Source of the DNA: Chitinophagaceae bacterium
GTDB lineage: Bacteria; Bacteroidota; Bacteroidia; Chitinophagales; Chitinophagaceae
DNA: 64,000 nucleotides
Direction of reading: 5' to 3'
Assembly: GCA_051954695.1 (NCBI GenBank)
Contig: JBQCHL010000025.1
Location: 30,852 to 94,851, forward strand
In this document: piece by piece, positions 1 through 7,521 of the stretch
Layout of the letters: the number at the start of each line of letters is the position of its first letter
Position numbering within the stretch: position 1 is the first letter of the stretch
Translations under genes and position numbers: made by a program
The notes under the pieces: generated by a model
What the model was told of the DNA's origin: nothing
Seen by the model: the letters and a program-made list of their open reading frames with translations, nothing else
Database searches by the model: none

Positions 1-1176
1 TACTCCCGGCCGGTTTTGCGGCTTTCTGATTTTAAGGGGAAAGCGCTGCTTATTAGTGTCTGGGCACATAATTGTCTTCCTTGTATAAAAGCGTTTCCTC
101 TTCTGGACAGTATGCAGGAAAAATTTAAAGACCGTTTGCAGATAATTCTGCTTAATCATGAGACAGCAGATTCAACAAGAAGGTTTTTCTTGCGAAAGAA
201 GAAATTGCCTCAGCCAAAAGTCGTTCCCATGATAACGGGTGAAACTGTATTGTCAAAAAAACTGAATACGTTAGGTGAACTTTGGCTTGACTCTGCAAGA
301 GTTTTCCACTTTGGATCTGAAATTGCAAATATCACAGAAGAAAATATAAACAAGTTTCTTGCAGGCATCCCGCTTACATTCAAAAAGCGTGTTAAGCTGG
401 CGGAGTTTGATACTTCCATTCCATTGATAACAGAAGGCGGTGGGCGGTGGATAGACAGTATCGGCTCTTATGCTTATTTTTTTCATCATCCGTTTGAGAT
501 CCCTCAGTTGAACAAAACAGAGCCGGATATAGGTACCCCCGCTAATGAACTTCGATTTACAAATATTTCTGTTATGGAACTGTATCGTCTGGCCTTCAGT
601 GAAAAGCACAAATATAATTTCACACAGGCTACTATAGAAGTACGTGTAAAGGATTCCAGTTTGTTTTTTCCTCCGAAAGGAGATAGCGAAAGCCGGGTAA
701 ACTGGTATAATGAGCATCTTTATACCTACGATTCGCGGGTGCCTTTGCCATTTGCAAACAGGATTTATCAGTTGATGCAGCAAAGCCTGCCTTTTCAGTT
801 TGGACCAAAAGCTGAAGTACAGTTACTGGAAAGAAATTGTTGGGTGCTGGAAGCATTAGACAGCACGAAATTTATTTCAAAAAAAGGGTCTCCTTACAAA
901 AAAGCCGGCTTAAGGATTGATGAATCGGATTCGGTTTCACAATTCCGGCACTGGCCATCCATGAGTATTTTCACGACTATTAAAACTTATTGTCAAGAAT
1001 TCTCATCTCAACCTTTGATTAACGGCTTACATTACTCTGGTCCGATGAATTTCTCTATGCATTTGGGGATAGTAGTTTCTGGGAAAATGGAAAGATTTCA
1101 GGAGGCATTGAAAGAGAATGGCCTGATACTCCGGCAGCAAAAAATGAAAATGCCTGTGCTGGTAATACAGGATTAA
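1..1176 (+). CDS. Thioredoxin-fold (TlpA/redoxin, CLPC) protein with DUF3738-like C-terminal region; 5'-truncated by window edge
   Basis: Frame open from base 1 (YSRPVLRLSDFKGKALLISVWAHNCLPC); WAxxCxxC motif; colinear with paralog 12219-13511; C-terminus ALKENGL..K.K.PVLVI resembles DUF3738/TIGR03435 end. Confidence 0.8.
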   Translation, partial: YSRPVLRLSDFKGKALLISVWAHNCLPCIKAFPLLDSMQEKFKDRLQIILLNHETADSTRRFFLRKKKLPQPKVVPMITGETVLSKKLNTLGELWLDSARVFHFGSEIANITEENINKFLAGIPLTFKKRVKLAEFDTSIPLITEGGGRWIDSIGSYAYFFHHPFEIPQLNKTEPDIGTPANELRFTNISVMELYRLAFSEKHKYNFTQATIEVRVKDSSLFFPPKGDSESRVNWYNEHLYTYDSRVPLPFANRIYQLMQQSLPFQFGPKAEVQLLERNCWVLEALDSTKFISKKGSPYKKAGLRIDESDSVSQFRHWPSMSIFTTIKTYCQEFSSQPLINGLHYSGPMNFSMHLGIVVSGKMERFQEALKENGLILRQQKMKMPVLVIQD

Positions 1177-1182
1177 TGGCAA

Positions 1183-1219
1183 GACTAGAGTGACGGCTAT
1201 CATTAGGGTCACTCTAGTC
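1183..1219. terminator. 12-bp inverted repeat between convergent genes (probable bidirectional terminator)
   Basis: GACTAGAGTGAC (1183-1194) / GTCACTCTAGTC (1208-1219); overlaps peptide stop codon; no strong U-tract. Confidence 0.55.
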
Positions 1220-1537
1220 ATAAGTCCAGGGAGTTTCATGCGTTCCGATCCGATCACTATGCCAATCGTCATTTATTACACCAGTACCAGGATCGGTTTG
1301 ATTCTTTAAGCTCCAAATAGGATATCCACGGCGGCAGTCTGGCCCATCTATAACATGACAGGTGCCACTCGTAAAATCATTTCGCCCCCCATAATCCAGG
1401 TAGGCTCCTGTTCCCGTTAATGCATTGTATTCAAACCAATACAGGAACTCAGTTGAGTCCACCTTTTTCTGGCTTGTAAAAGCGCTTAGGGATATAGCCA
1501 TAATCAAGGCTACTATTCCCCAAAAATACTTTCTCAT
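1214..1537 (-). CDS. Small secreted two-Cys peptide/protein 1 (DUF6520-like), signal peptide + CX7C
   Basis: MRKY + hydrophobic stretch + SLSAFT; C-HVIDGPD-C; about half identical to paralog 13568-13876 by manual alignment. Confidence 0.8.
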   Translation of the reverse strand: MRKYFWGIVALIMAISLSAFTSQKKVDSTEFLYWFEYNALTGTGAYLDYGGRNDFTSGTCHVIDGPDCRRGYPIWSLKNQTDPGTGVINDDWHSDRIGTHETPWTYD

Positions 1538-1563
1538 ACATTTGATTTTATTTGATTAAATGC

Positions 1564-1634
1564 TGCCTGCTTTTTTATACAGGGTTCGGCTGATCCTGTG
1601 CTTACTAATCCCGGTCTACAAGTAGCATTGCAAT
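1564..1634 (-). ncRNA. Candidate structured cis-regulatory RNA, copy 1 (pseudoknot/switch-like)
   Basis: Minus-strand AUUGCAAU..ACAGG-AUCAGCCGAAC-CCUGU-AUAAAAAA-GCAGGCA ending 27 nt before peptide ATG; near-identical core at 13906-13942. Confidence 0.55.
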
Positions 1635-1671
1635 AACAGACTGTACTCTAAAATTGTATTAGATACTTCGC

Positions 1672-1705
1672 AAAAAGGTTCGAGGAATAAAAAATACGTT
1701 TGCAA
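1672..1705 (-). promoter_or_regulatory. Motif shared with region upstream of MauE (putative common promoter/operator)
   Basis: AAAAAGGTTCG..AAAAAATACGTTTGCAA vs AAAAAGGTTCG..AAAAAATAAGTTCGCGA at 14436-14470. Confidence 0.3.
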
Positions 1706-1979
1706 GAAGGTTGTTTAAACAGAGATAGCCAGTCAGGGAGCCTTCTTTTTTCTTCACACGAACGTTCTATTGATCGATGTCAGCTATATTCTGTAAATAG
1801 ATTCTTTTAATGGAAGGCCTTCAATATCGATTCGCGCCTCAAACGCTATATTAGTTTGCAGGAAATACTGACCCTGCTTAGGCAACTCATTTTACCATAA
1901 ATAATTTAATTACAATGTATTACATTAAAATAAGGAAATATAAATAAGAAAAATGTTTTTACATACGTAGTTAACTACA

Positions 1980-1987
1980 TATATTTG
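1980..1987 (+). promoter_or_regulatory. Bacteroidota -7 promoter box for GNAT gene
   Basis: TATATTTG matches TAnnTTTG 15 nt before ATG 2003. Confidence 0.4.
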
Positions 1988-2002
1988 GAGTAAATAGTCT
2001 CT

Positions 2003-2515
2003 ATGAGTCTTCCGATCATCATTAAACCACTCAACAATACCCATTGCCAGGAGATCATCGATCTCATTCTGCCCATTCAGCAAATCGAGTTCAGCGTGCC
2101 TGTAAACCTGGAAAGTCAACCGGACCTGCTCGACATTGAAACAAATTATGATGCTACCGGCGGCAAATTCTGGGGAGCATTCAATGGTGAAGAACTGGTG
2201 GGCACCATCGCTTTGATCGGCATTGGCCATCAGGCTGGTGCTATCCGGAAAATGTTTGTAAAAAAGGAATGGCGGGGCAAAGAGTTGGGTATTGCCGGCT
2301 ATTTGCTGGAAACGCTTATCAGCTACTGCAAAGCCAATAATATAACCGATCTTCTTCTTGGTACAGTAGATCTGTTAAAAGCCGCTCACCGGTTTTATGA
2401 AAAGAAAGGATTTGATCGTATTGACCAGGAAGACCTTCCCTCCTATTTTCCAAGAATGAAGGCAGATAATATGTTTTATCATTTACACCTTCATCCTTCT
2501 GAAGGACTGATTTAA
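2003..2515 (+). CDS. GNAT family N-acetyltransferase
   Basis: IRKMFVKKEWRGKELGIA acetyl-CoA motif A; AHRFYEKKGF motif B. Confidence 0.9.
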   Translation: MSLPIIIKPLNNTHCQEIIDLILPIQQIEFSVPVNLESQPDLLDIETNYDATGGKFWGAFNGEELVGTIALIGIGHQAGAIRKMFVKKEWRGKELGIAGYLLETLISYCKANNITDLLLGTVDLLKAAHRFYEKKGFDRIDQEDLPSYFPRMKADNMFYHLHLHPSEGLI

Positions 2516-2574
2516 AGATGAGATTCATCGTTTAACATTAACATCAGATAATTAATTTTAGCAAAAACCACGAT

Positions 2575-3063
2575 ATGGGTGTAATTGAAGAAGTTGGTAT
2601 TCTGGCTCTCGCAACAAGGCTTCAGCGACTGAGCGATATGATGCGAAAGGATGGATTGCAGATCTATAAAGATCATGGAATAGCATTTGAACCTAAATGG
2701 TTCCCTGTTATTTATACGCTTCATCATAAACCTTTGCTGGGCGTGGTGGAGATAGCAACAGAGATTGGTTATACTCATCCATCGACCATTAGTTTACTGA
2801 AAGAACTGGAAAAGGAAAAACTCATCCGTTCAAAAAAAGATAAGACCGATGAGAGAAAACGGCTGATACAATTGACGGGCAAAGGACAGGATTTAATTGA
2901 TCAAATGAAACCGGTCTGGGAACTGATAAGTAAGGCTATTGCCGAACTAACGGATACAAAGAATAACCTGATGCAGGCGGTTATTGAAGTGGAGGAGCAA
3001 TTGAAACAGAAAAGTATGGCTGCCCGGGCAGCGGGTATATATCTGGACATTCAAAAGAAGTAA
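2575..3063 (+). CDS. MarR family transcriptional regulator
   Basis: wHTH EIATEIGYTHPSTISLLKELEKEKLI and D.R...I.LT.KG wing. Confidence 0.9.
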   Translation: MGVIEEVGILALATRLQRLSDMMRKDGLQIYKDHGIAFEPKWFPVIYTLHHKPLLGVVEIATEIGYTHPSTISLLKELEKEKLIRSKKDKTDERKRLIQLTGKGQDLIDQMKPVWELISKAIAELTDTKNNLMQAVIEVEEQLKQKSMAARAAGIYLDIQKK

Positions 3064-3080
3064 CCTGTTTATTATTTAAG

Positions 3081-3130
3081 CAATTAACCTGAGCCAGTTT
3101 TAATCTGTTCAATTAACTCCAGCCACTTTC
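3081..3130. repeat. Imperfect direct repeat, 29-bp period, between convergent genes
   Basis: CAATTAAC-CTG-AGCCA-G-TTT (3081) and CAATTAAC-TCC-AGCCA-C-TTT (3110). Confidence 0.5.
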
Positions 3131-3134
3131 TATG

Positions 3135-3839
3135 TTATTTTAAAACGAATGCCGCATTTACTAATGTGGTAATCTTTATCTTCTCAAACTCAATCTTAGG
3201 AAGGCCCTGCTTGCCTTGTGCAATAGTGCTTATTCCCCTTATGCGTATGCCTGCAGCAACGCCCTGAAGCTGACTTTGAATGCCGGCTTCTTTTTCAGTG
3301 ATATGGATGGCATTGCCTACTGTCTGGCCAATTGATCGGGTCAGAGCAACAGCTTTTCTTTTCGCTGCTTCAATGGCTTTGGAATAACAATCGCTTTTGA
3401 TACCCTCTATATCTGTATGATCTACGCGATCCACAGAAACATTTGAAATATCAAGGTTTTCCAATTCTATAAATACACTACTGGCTAATGCAGCGGTCGA
3501 TACTTCCAGTATATATTCTTTCGATTTAAGAATATCCCTTTTCTTCAGGAAATAAACGCGGTAATTACTCAACATATCGCTCGCTTGCAGATATTTTTCA
3601 GTGTTGATACCCAGCGATTGAAGAGCCATAACCATTTTGGTCTCTGTTTCTTCCAGAGGCACCCTGTCTTTGGTATCTTTCTCGGAGAGTAGTATCCGGA
3701 TAAATATCTGGTTTGGAGTAACAAGGGAATCAGCAGTTCCTTGCACTTCGATAAAAGGTTGATCGATAAAATTTTTCGTTTGGGAATAGCCGGATAGCCC
3801 AACCAGGATCAGGATGATTACAGTAATGATCTTCTTCAT
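3135..3839 (-). CDS. SIMPL domain (DUF541/YggE-like) exported protein
   Basis: Signal peptide; IEVQGTAD..VTPN; AIEAAKRKAVALTRSIG..VG.AI.I.E pattern. Confidence 0.85.
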   Translation of the reverse strand: MKKIITVIILILVGLSGYSQTKNFIDQPFIEVQGTADSLVTPNQIFIRILLSEKDTKDRVPLEETETKMVMALQSLGINTEKYLQASDMLSNYRVYFLKKRDILKSKEYILEVSTAALASSVFIELENLDISNVSVDRVDHTDIEGIKSDCYSKAIEAAKRKAVALTRSIGQTVGNAIHITEKEAGIQSQLQGVAAGIRIRGISTIAQGKQGLPKIEFEKIKITTLVNAAFVLK

Positions 3840-4116
3840 ACTTCTATTTTAGAAACAGATGCGCAACCGTTATTTATTACATATCCGGCTTTATACGCAA
3901 TATTGCAAAGAGCTCATAGCTGGGCCAAAAAACATTTTATACCGGTGTAAACACCATGGGCACATTTACAAAAACATTTAAATTCATTGTACAGAATGTA
4001 AAAGCACAATTATCGAAGTCATTAGAAAACGAGAAAATTATCTCATAGCCTGGTTAATCGTTTACGAAAAATGCATTAAATTTAAATAACATCCTTCACC
4101 TCAACCTTATCCAACT

Positions 4117-5058
4117 ATGATACCAGATATCTTTCTCAATAACAATAAACGTGTCGACTGGCAGTCGCAGCCCGCAAAACCCAAGGACCCTATTCTTCCC
4201 GGCAGCACTCATCATATATCCCGGCACAAAACCTTTACAGCAGAGCATAAAAACTACCAGCAAAAATTTATCGATTTCAGTTACAGGATATTCCGCTTCA
4301 TTCGTACAGGCAAGCTTACTATTAAAGAAAAGAACCGCCCGGGAAGTATTAGACTTGAGGCTATGTTATCAGGACAAATAACCCAGCAGGTTCAGGAAGG
4401 TGAGCAATGGGTATTGCGTGCAGGAGAATACAAGCTAAATGATCAGCCCGACCTGATCGCCTTATTTAAAAAAGATAGTGCCTGCAGTTATTTCATGGCT
4501 CATTACTCCAAAGAATTACTGGAGAATTTAGGAATTCCGCATCTTGTTCAGGCAACAACGCCAAAACCACTCAGTGAGGAAATGAAAAACCTGATACATA
4601 ATATCCTCCGTCATCCATACAAGGATTCTATCAGGCAATTGTATTATGACAAATGCATCCAGGAATTGTTGCTGCTTCATCTCACCCACCAGGGGCGGCC
4701 ACTGCCTGATCAGCTTAATGATGAAGATATTGCCGCGATCTATTCGGCAGATCATTTATTGCAGCGTGACCTGCACTGGCCGGGCGACCAGTATACACTG
4801 GCCAAACAAGCCGGTATAAGCGAACGGAAATTGAAAACCGGGTTTAAACATTTATTCGGCATGGCCGTTTTTGAACGGCTTACCTGGCATCGAATGCAAT
4901 ATGCTCAGCTATTGCTGAAAACAAGTGATCGCTCAATAGAAGAAATCGCACTGGAAGTGGGTTATGCTACCCGCAACAGTTTTATCACAGCTTTCCGCCA
5001 GCAATTCAACCTTCCTCCACGGAAATGGCGGAATAAGCATTTATCCGACCTAACATAG
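4117..5058 (+). CDS. AraC family regulator (PchR/YbtA-like C-terminal domain)
   Basis: LAKQAGISERKLKTGFKHLFG and SIEEIALEVGY..RNSFITAFRQQF double HTH. Confidence 0.85.
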   Translation: MIPDIFLNNNKRVDWQSQPAKPKDPILPGSTHHISRHKTFTAEHKNYQQKFIDFSYRIFRFIRTGKLTIKEKNRPGSIRLEAMLSGQITQQVQEGEQWVLRAGEYKLNDQPDLIALFKKDSACSYFMAHYSKELLENLGIPHLVQATTPKPLSEEMKNLIHNILRHPYKDSIRQLYYDKCIQELLLLHLTHQGRPLPDQLNDEDIAAIYSADHLLQRDLHWPGDQYTLAKQAGISERKLKTGFKHLFGMAVFERLTWHRMQYAQLLLKTSDRSIEEIALEVGYATRNSFITAFRQQFNLPPRKWRNKHLSDLT

Positions 5059-5118
5059 ACCCTGTTCCTCATAGGGCTGGCATTGCAGAAGACTGAGTTG
5101 ACCTCAGTAGTATTTTAC

Positions 5119-5409
5119 TTATTTGGAAAGATTGTTTTTCTGCTTATCATCAGCAGCCAACTGGTTCAGAATGATATTGGTTACAATCTGTGGGTCTATA
5201 TCTACCCGTTTAGCAAATGACCTGATCTGTTTGATAGTTAACTCTTCAGGCTTGTACAACTTACGTACATACCTGCTATGATTAAGCCCAAGTAGCCTGG
5301 CTATGTATGTAGGATAAAGTTTTTCAATATCCTTCATACGCTCAACTGAACCATCCAAAAACATAGACCTCACTGGTGCAAGCTTGGGATCTTTTTCTTC
5401 CTGAGACAT
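5119..5409 (-). CDS. Small hypothetical protein, possible Xre-like HTH
   Basis: 96 aa, helical, TYIARLLGLNHSRYVRKL..PEELTIKQI pattern; divergent from ECF sigma. Confidence 0.6.
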   Translation of the reverse strand: MSQEEKDPKLAPVRSMFLDGSVERMKDIEKLYPTYIARLLGLNHSRYVRKLYKPEELTIKQIRSFAKRVDIDPQIVTNIILNQLAADDKQKNNLSK

Positions 5410-5580
5410 AGTAGTTTCTATAGAAAGAAAAGGTAAAAGCCTGGCCTCGAATCGTCTGTGAAAACTAACATTAAGTATGCAAAAACTTACTAAATGTATT
5501 TTTTCATTAGTTTTACCTGCCCTGAAGTCAATACCAGCTTTCTCATGTTATCCGGTCTATGCCAATGTTAATTATCAAAC

Positions 5581-6132
5581 TTGTCGCTCCAAAAACCTCA
5601 TACAAACCTGGGCCAGGGTTCTAAACCTGGAGAAGAAGTGGCTTATGATCATCTGTTTCGCGAGTATTTCCCTGCGCTTTGTTATTTCGCACGAAGGTTC
5701 TTAAAACAGAGGTATGATCCGGAAGACCTGGTCATGGACTGCTTTGCCAAGCTTTGGGAAAAAAGGGTCTCTTTGCAGCATCCTGAAACCGTTAAGACCT
5801 TTCTATATACAACGGTACGCAATGCCTGCATAGATCTGCTGCGAAAAAAGAATATTCCTGTCATTCCTGTTGCGTCACACGAAGAATCTCTACATGATGA
5901 GGAAGCCAACTTCATTAGCTTTCTGATAGAAGCAGAAGTATTCCGCGAAATATTCTCAGCAGCCGAGCACCTGCCTCAGCAAATAAAAAAAGTGTTCCAG
6001 CTCTATTTTGTGGAAGGAAAAAATGAGCGGGAGATCAGCGAGGAACTCAAGACCTCTTATCATACCGTGCGAAACCAACGACAGCGAGCAGTGGCGCTCT
6101 TAAAAGAAAAACTACAGATCCCTAAAAAATAA
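5581..6132 (+). CDS. ECF RNA polymerase sigma-70 factor
   Basis: LFREYFPALCYFA, EDLVMDCFAKLW, FLYTTVRNACIDLLR (region 2); LP...KKVFQL...EG....EISEEL (region 4); TTG start, in-frame stop just upstream. Confidence 0.92.
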   Translation: MSLQKPHTNLGQGSKPGEEVAYDHLFREYFPALCYFARRFLKQRYDPEDLVMDCFAKLWEKRVSLQHPETVKTFLYTTVRNACIDLLRKKNIPVIPVASHEESLHDEEANFISFLIEAEVFREIFSAAEHLPQQIKKVFQLYFVEGKNEREISEELKTSYHTVRNQRQRAVALLKEKLQIPKK

Positions 6133-6203
6133 AAATCAAACGGCTAGTCAACATTTACACTCCTCCCGTATTTTAATACAAGGCAATTAGCTACCTTACC
6201 AAC

Positions 6204-7400
6204 ATGGAAAAAGGAAACGAACCAGATAATATTAAAAAGGCTTACCGGACAGCCTATTTGATTGCTGGGTTTCTTAAGGAATCACTGACAGAACCAGAGA
6301 AGCAGGAATTAAATGCCTGGGTCAATGAAAACGAGCATAACAAAAAGCTTTTTGCTGAACTGACCAACCAGGAAAAGCTGCAGGAAAAGCTGAAAGAATA
6401 TAATCAGGCAGGTACAGAGCAATACCTGGAGGAAAGCAAACAGGAGTTGAGCTTCAATAATCGCAGGAAAGTAAGACGGTTATGGGCATATGGTGTAGCT
6501 GCTTCCTTTATCGCATTTGTAATCATAATCTGGGTAGCAAAACCATTCACTGAAAAGCAAGGGCCTATTGTCCGCGAGGAAACAGATACACTTATCCATC
6601 AAAGCGGGCAATTGGAAAAGGAAAAGGTGGTACTGGATATGGGAAAGGGGAAGAAAATCGTGCTTGGTGAAACTAAAACTGATTCGGTCATTGATAAAGG
6701 ACTACTTATCAAAGAAGGAAAAGAGCTGGTTTATCAAACCGAATACAGCGAAAATGAGTTTCATACACTGACTGTACCACATAAAAGTTTTTATCATTTA
6801 CGATTACCCGACGGAACAAAAGTGTATTTGAATGCGTCATCATCTATCCGTTTCCCAACCCATTTTCCTGAAAAAGAAAGACGGGTATATATAAGCGGTG
6901 AAGCCTATTTTGAAGTAGCGCATAATTCTGCTCAGCCATTCCGCGTGGAAGCTGCCATTAAAGATAGAGTTCCCATGGTCGTGGAAGCTGTTGGTACTGC
7001 TTTTAATGTTAATACCTACACGGATGAGCCTTTCCCTTCAGCCACACTGGTAGAAGGAAAAATAAATGTATCATTGTCTGATAAAGAAATGGTGCGGCTT
7101 GTTCCCAACCAGCAGGCGCGTGTAACCAGTAAAGGGCTTAAAGTAGGGGAGGGAAAAGTAGATGTGATCACAGCCTGGACAAAAAATGAATTCAATTTTG
7201 ATGATACACCTTTAAGCGAAGTGCTGCGGCAACTTGCCCGCTGGTATAATGTAGAAATTATCCAAAACGTGCCCGACCAGTCGTTTAAAGCTGGCCCCTT
7301 TTCACGAAATCAACCCCTGGAATACTGGTTGAAGATCCTTTCCAAAACAGAAGAATTCACTTACCGCATCGACGGACGTCGAGTTACCATTACTAAGTAG
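6204..7400 (+). CDS. fecR: FecR family anti-sigma/sensor protein
   Basis: Single TM; LRLPDGTKVYLNASSSIRFP, RRVYISGEAYFEVAHN, VGTAFNV, LSEVLRQLARWYNV. Confidence 0.92.
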   Translation: MEKGNEPDNIKKAYRTAYLIAGFLKESLTEPEKQELNAWVNENEHNKKLFAELTNQEKLQEKLKEYNQAGTEQYLEESKQELSFNNRRKVRRLWAYGVAASFIAFVIIIWVAKPFTEKQGPIVREETDTLIHQSGQLEKEKVVLDMGKGKKIVLGETKTDSVIDKGLLIKEGKELVYQTEYSENEFHTLTVPHKSFYHLRLPDGTKVYLNASSSIRFPTHFPEKERRVYISGEAYFEVAHNSAQPFRVEAAIKDRVPMVVEAVGTAFNVNTYTDEPFPSATLVEGKINVSLSDKEMVRLVPNQQARVTSKGLKVGEGKVDVITAWTKNEFNFDDTPLSEVLRQLARWYNVEIIQNVPDQSFKAGPFSRNQPLEYWLKILSKTEEFTYRIDGRRVTITK

Positions 7401-7414
7401 GAACGAAACAAATC

Positions 7415-7470
7415 AAGGTCAGAAACGGCCATTCATTGCAGGCGATCATCCGCCCTGCCTGGCCAGCCTT
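7415..7470 (+). other. Extended imperfect stem-loop in FecR-SusC intergenic region
   Basis: AAGG..GGCCA..GCAGGCG-ATCATC-CGCCCTGC-C-TGGCC..CCTT nested complementarity; no U-tract. Confidence 0.45.
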
Positions 7471-7521
7471 TGCCCTTTTCTCGGACCGAATCGTATTGTG
7501 TAACTCAAACTGTTCCAAACT

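Noticed and set aside
1564-1599. Calling the RNA motif a preQ1-I riboswitch (stem + AUAAAAAA tail resemblance)
   Set aside because: Loop lacks the preQ1-I ligand-binding residues and no queuosine genes follow; kept only as a topological analogy.
1784-1898. Possible frameshifted small ORF (MV-NELPKQGQYFLQTNIAFEARIDIEGLPLKESIYRI)
   Set aside because: Needs an assumed 1-nt indel and I recognise no homolog; cannot be supported.
5477-5704. 75-aa plus-strand ORF overlapping the sigma gene
   Set aside because: Overlaps the well-supported sigma ORF in another frame and has no recognisable motif.
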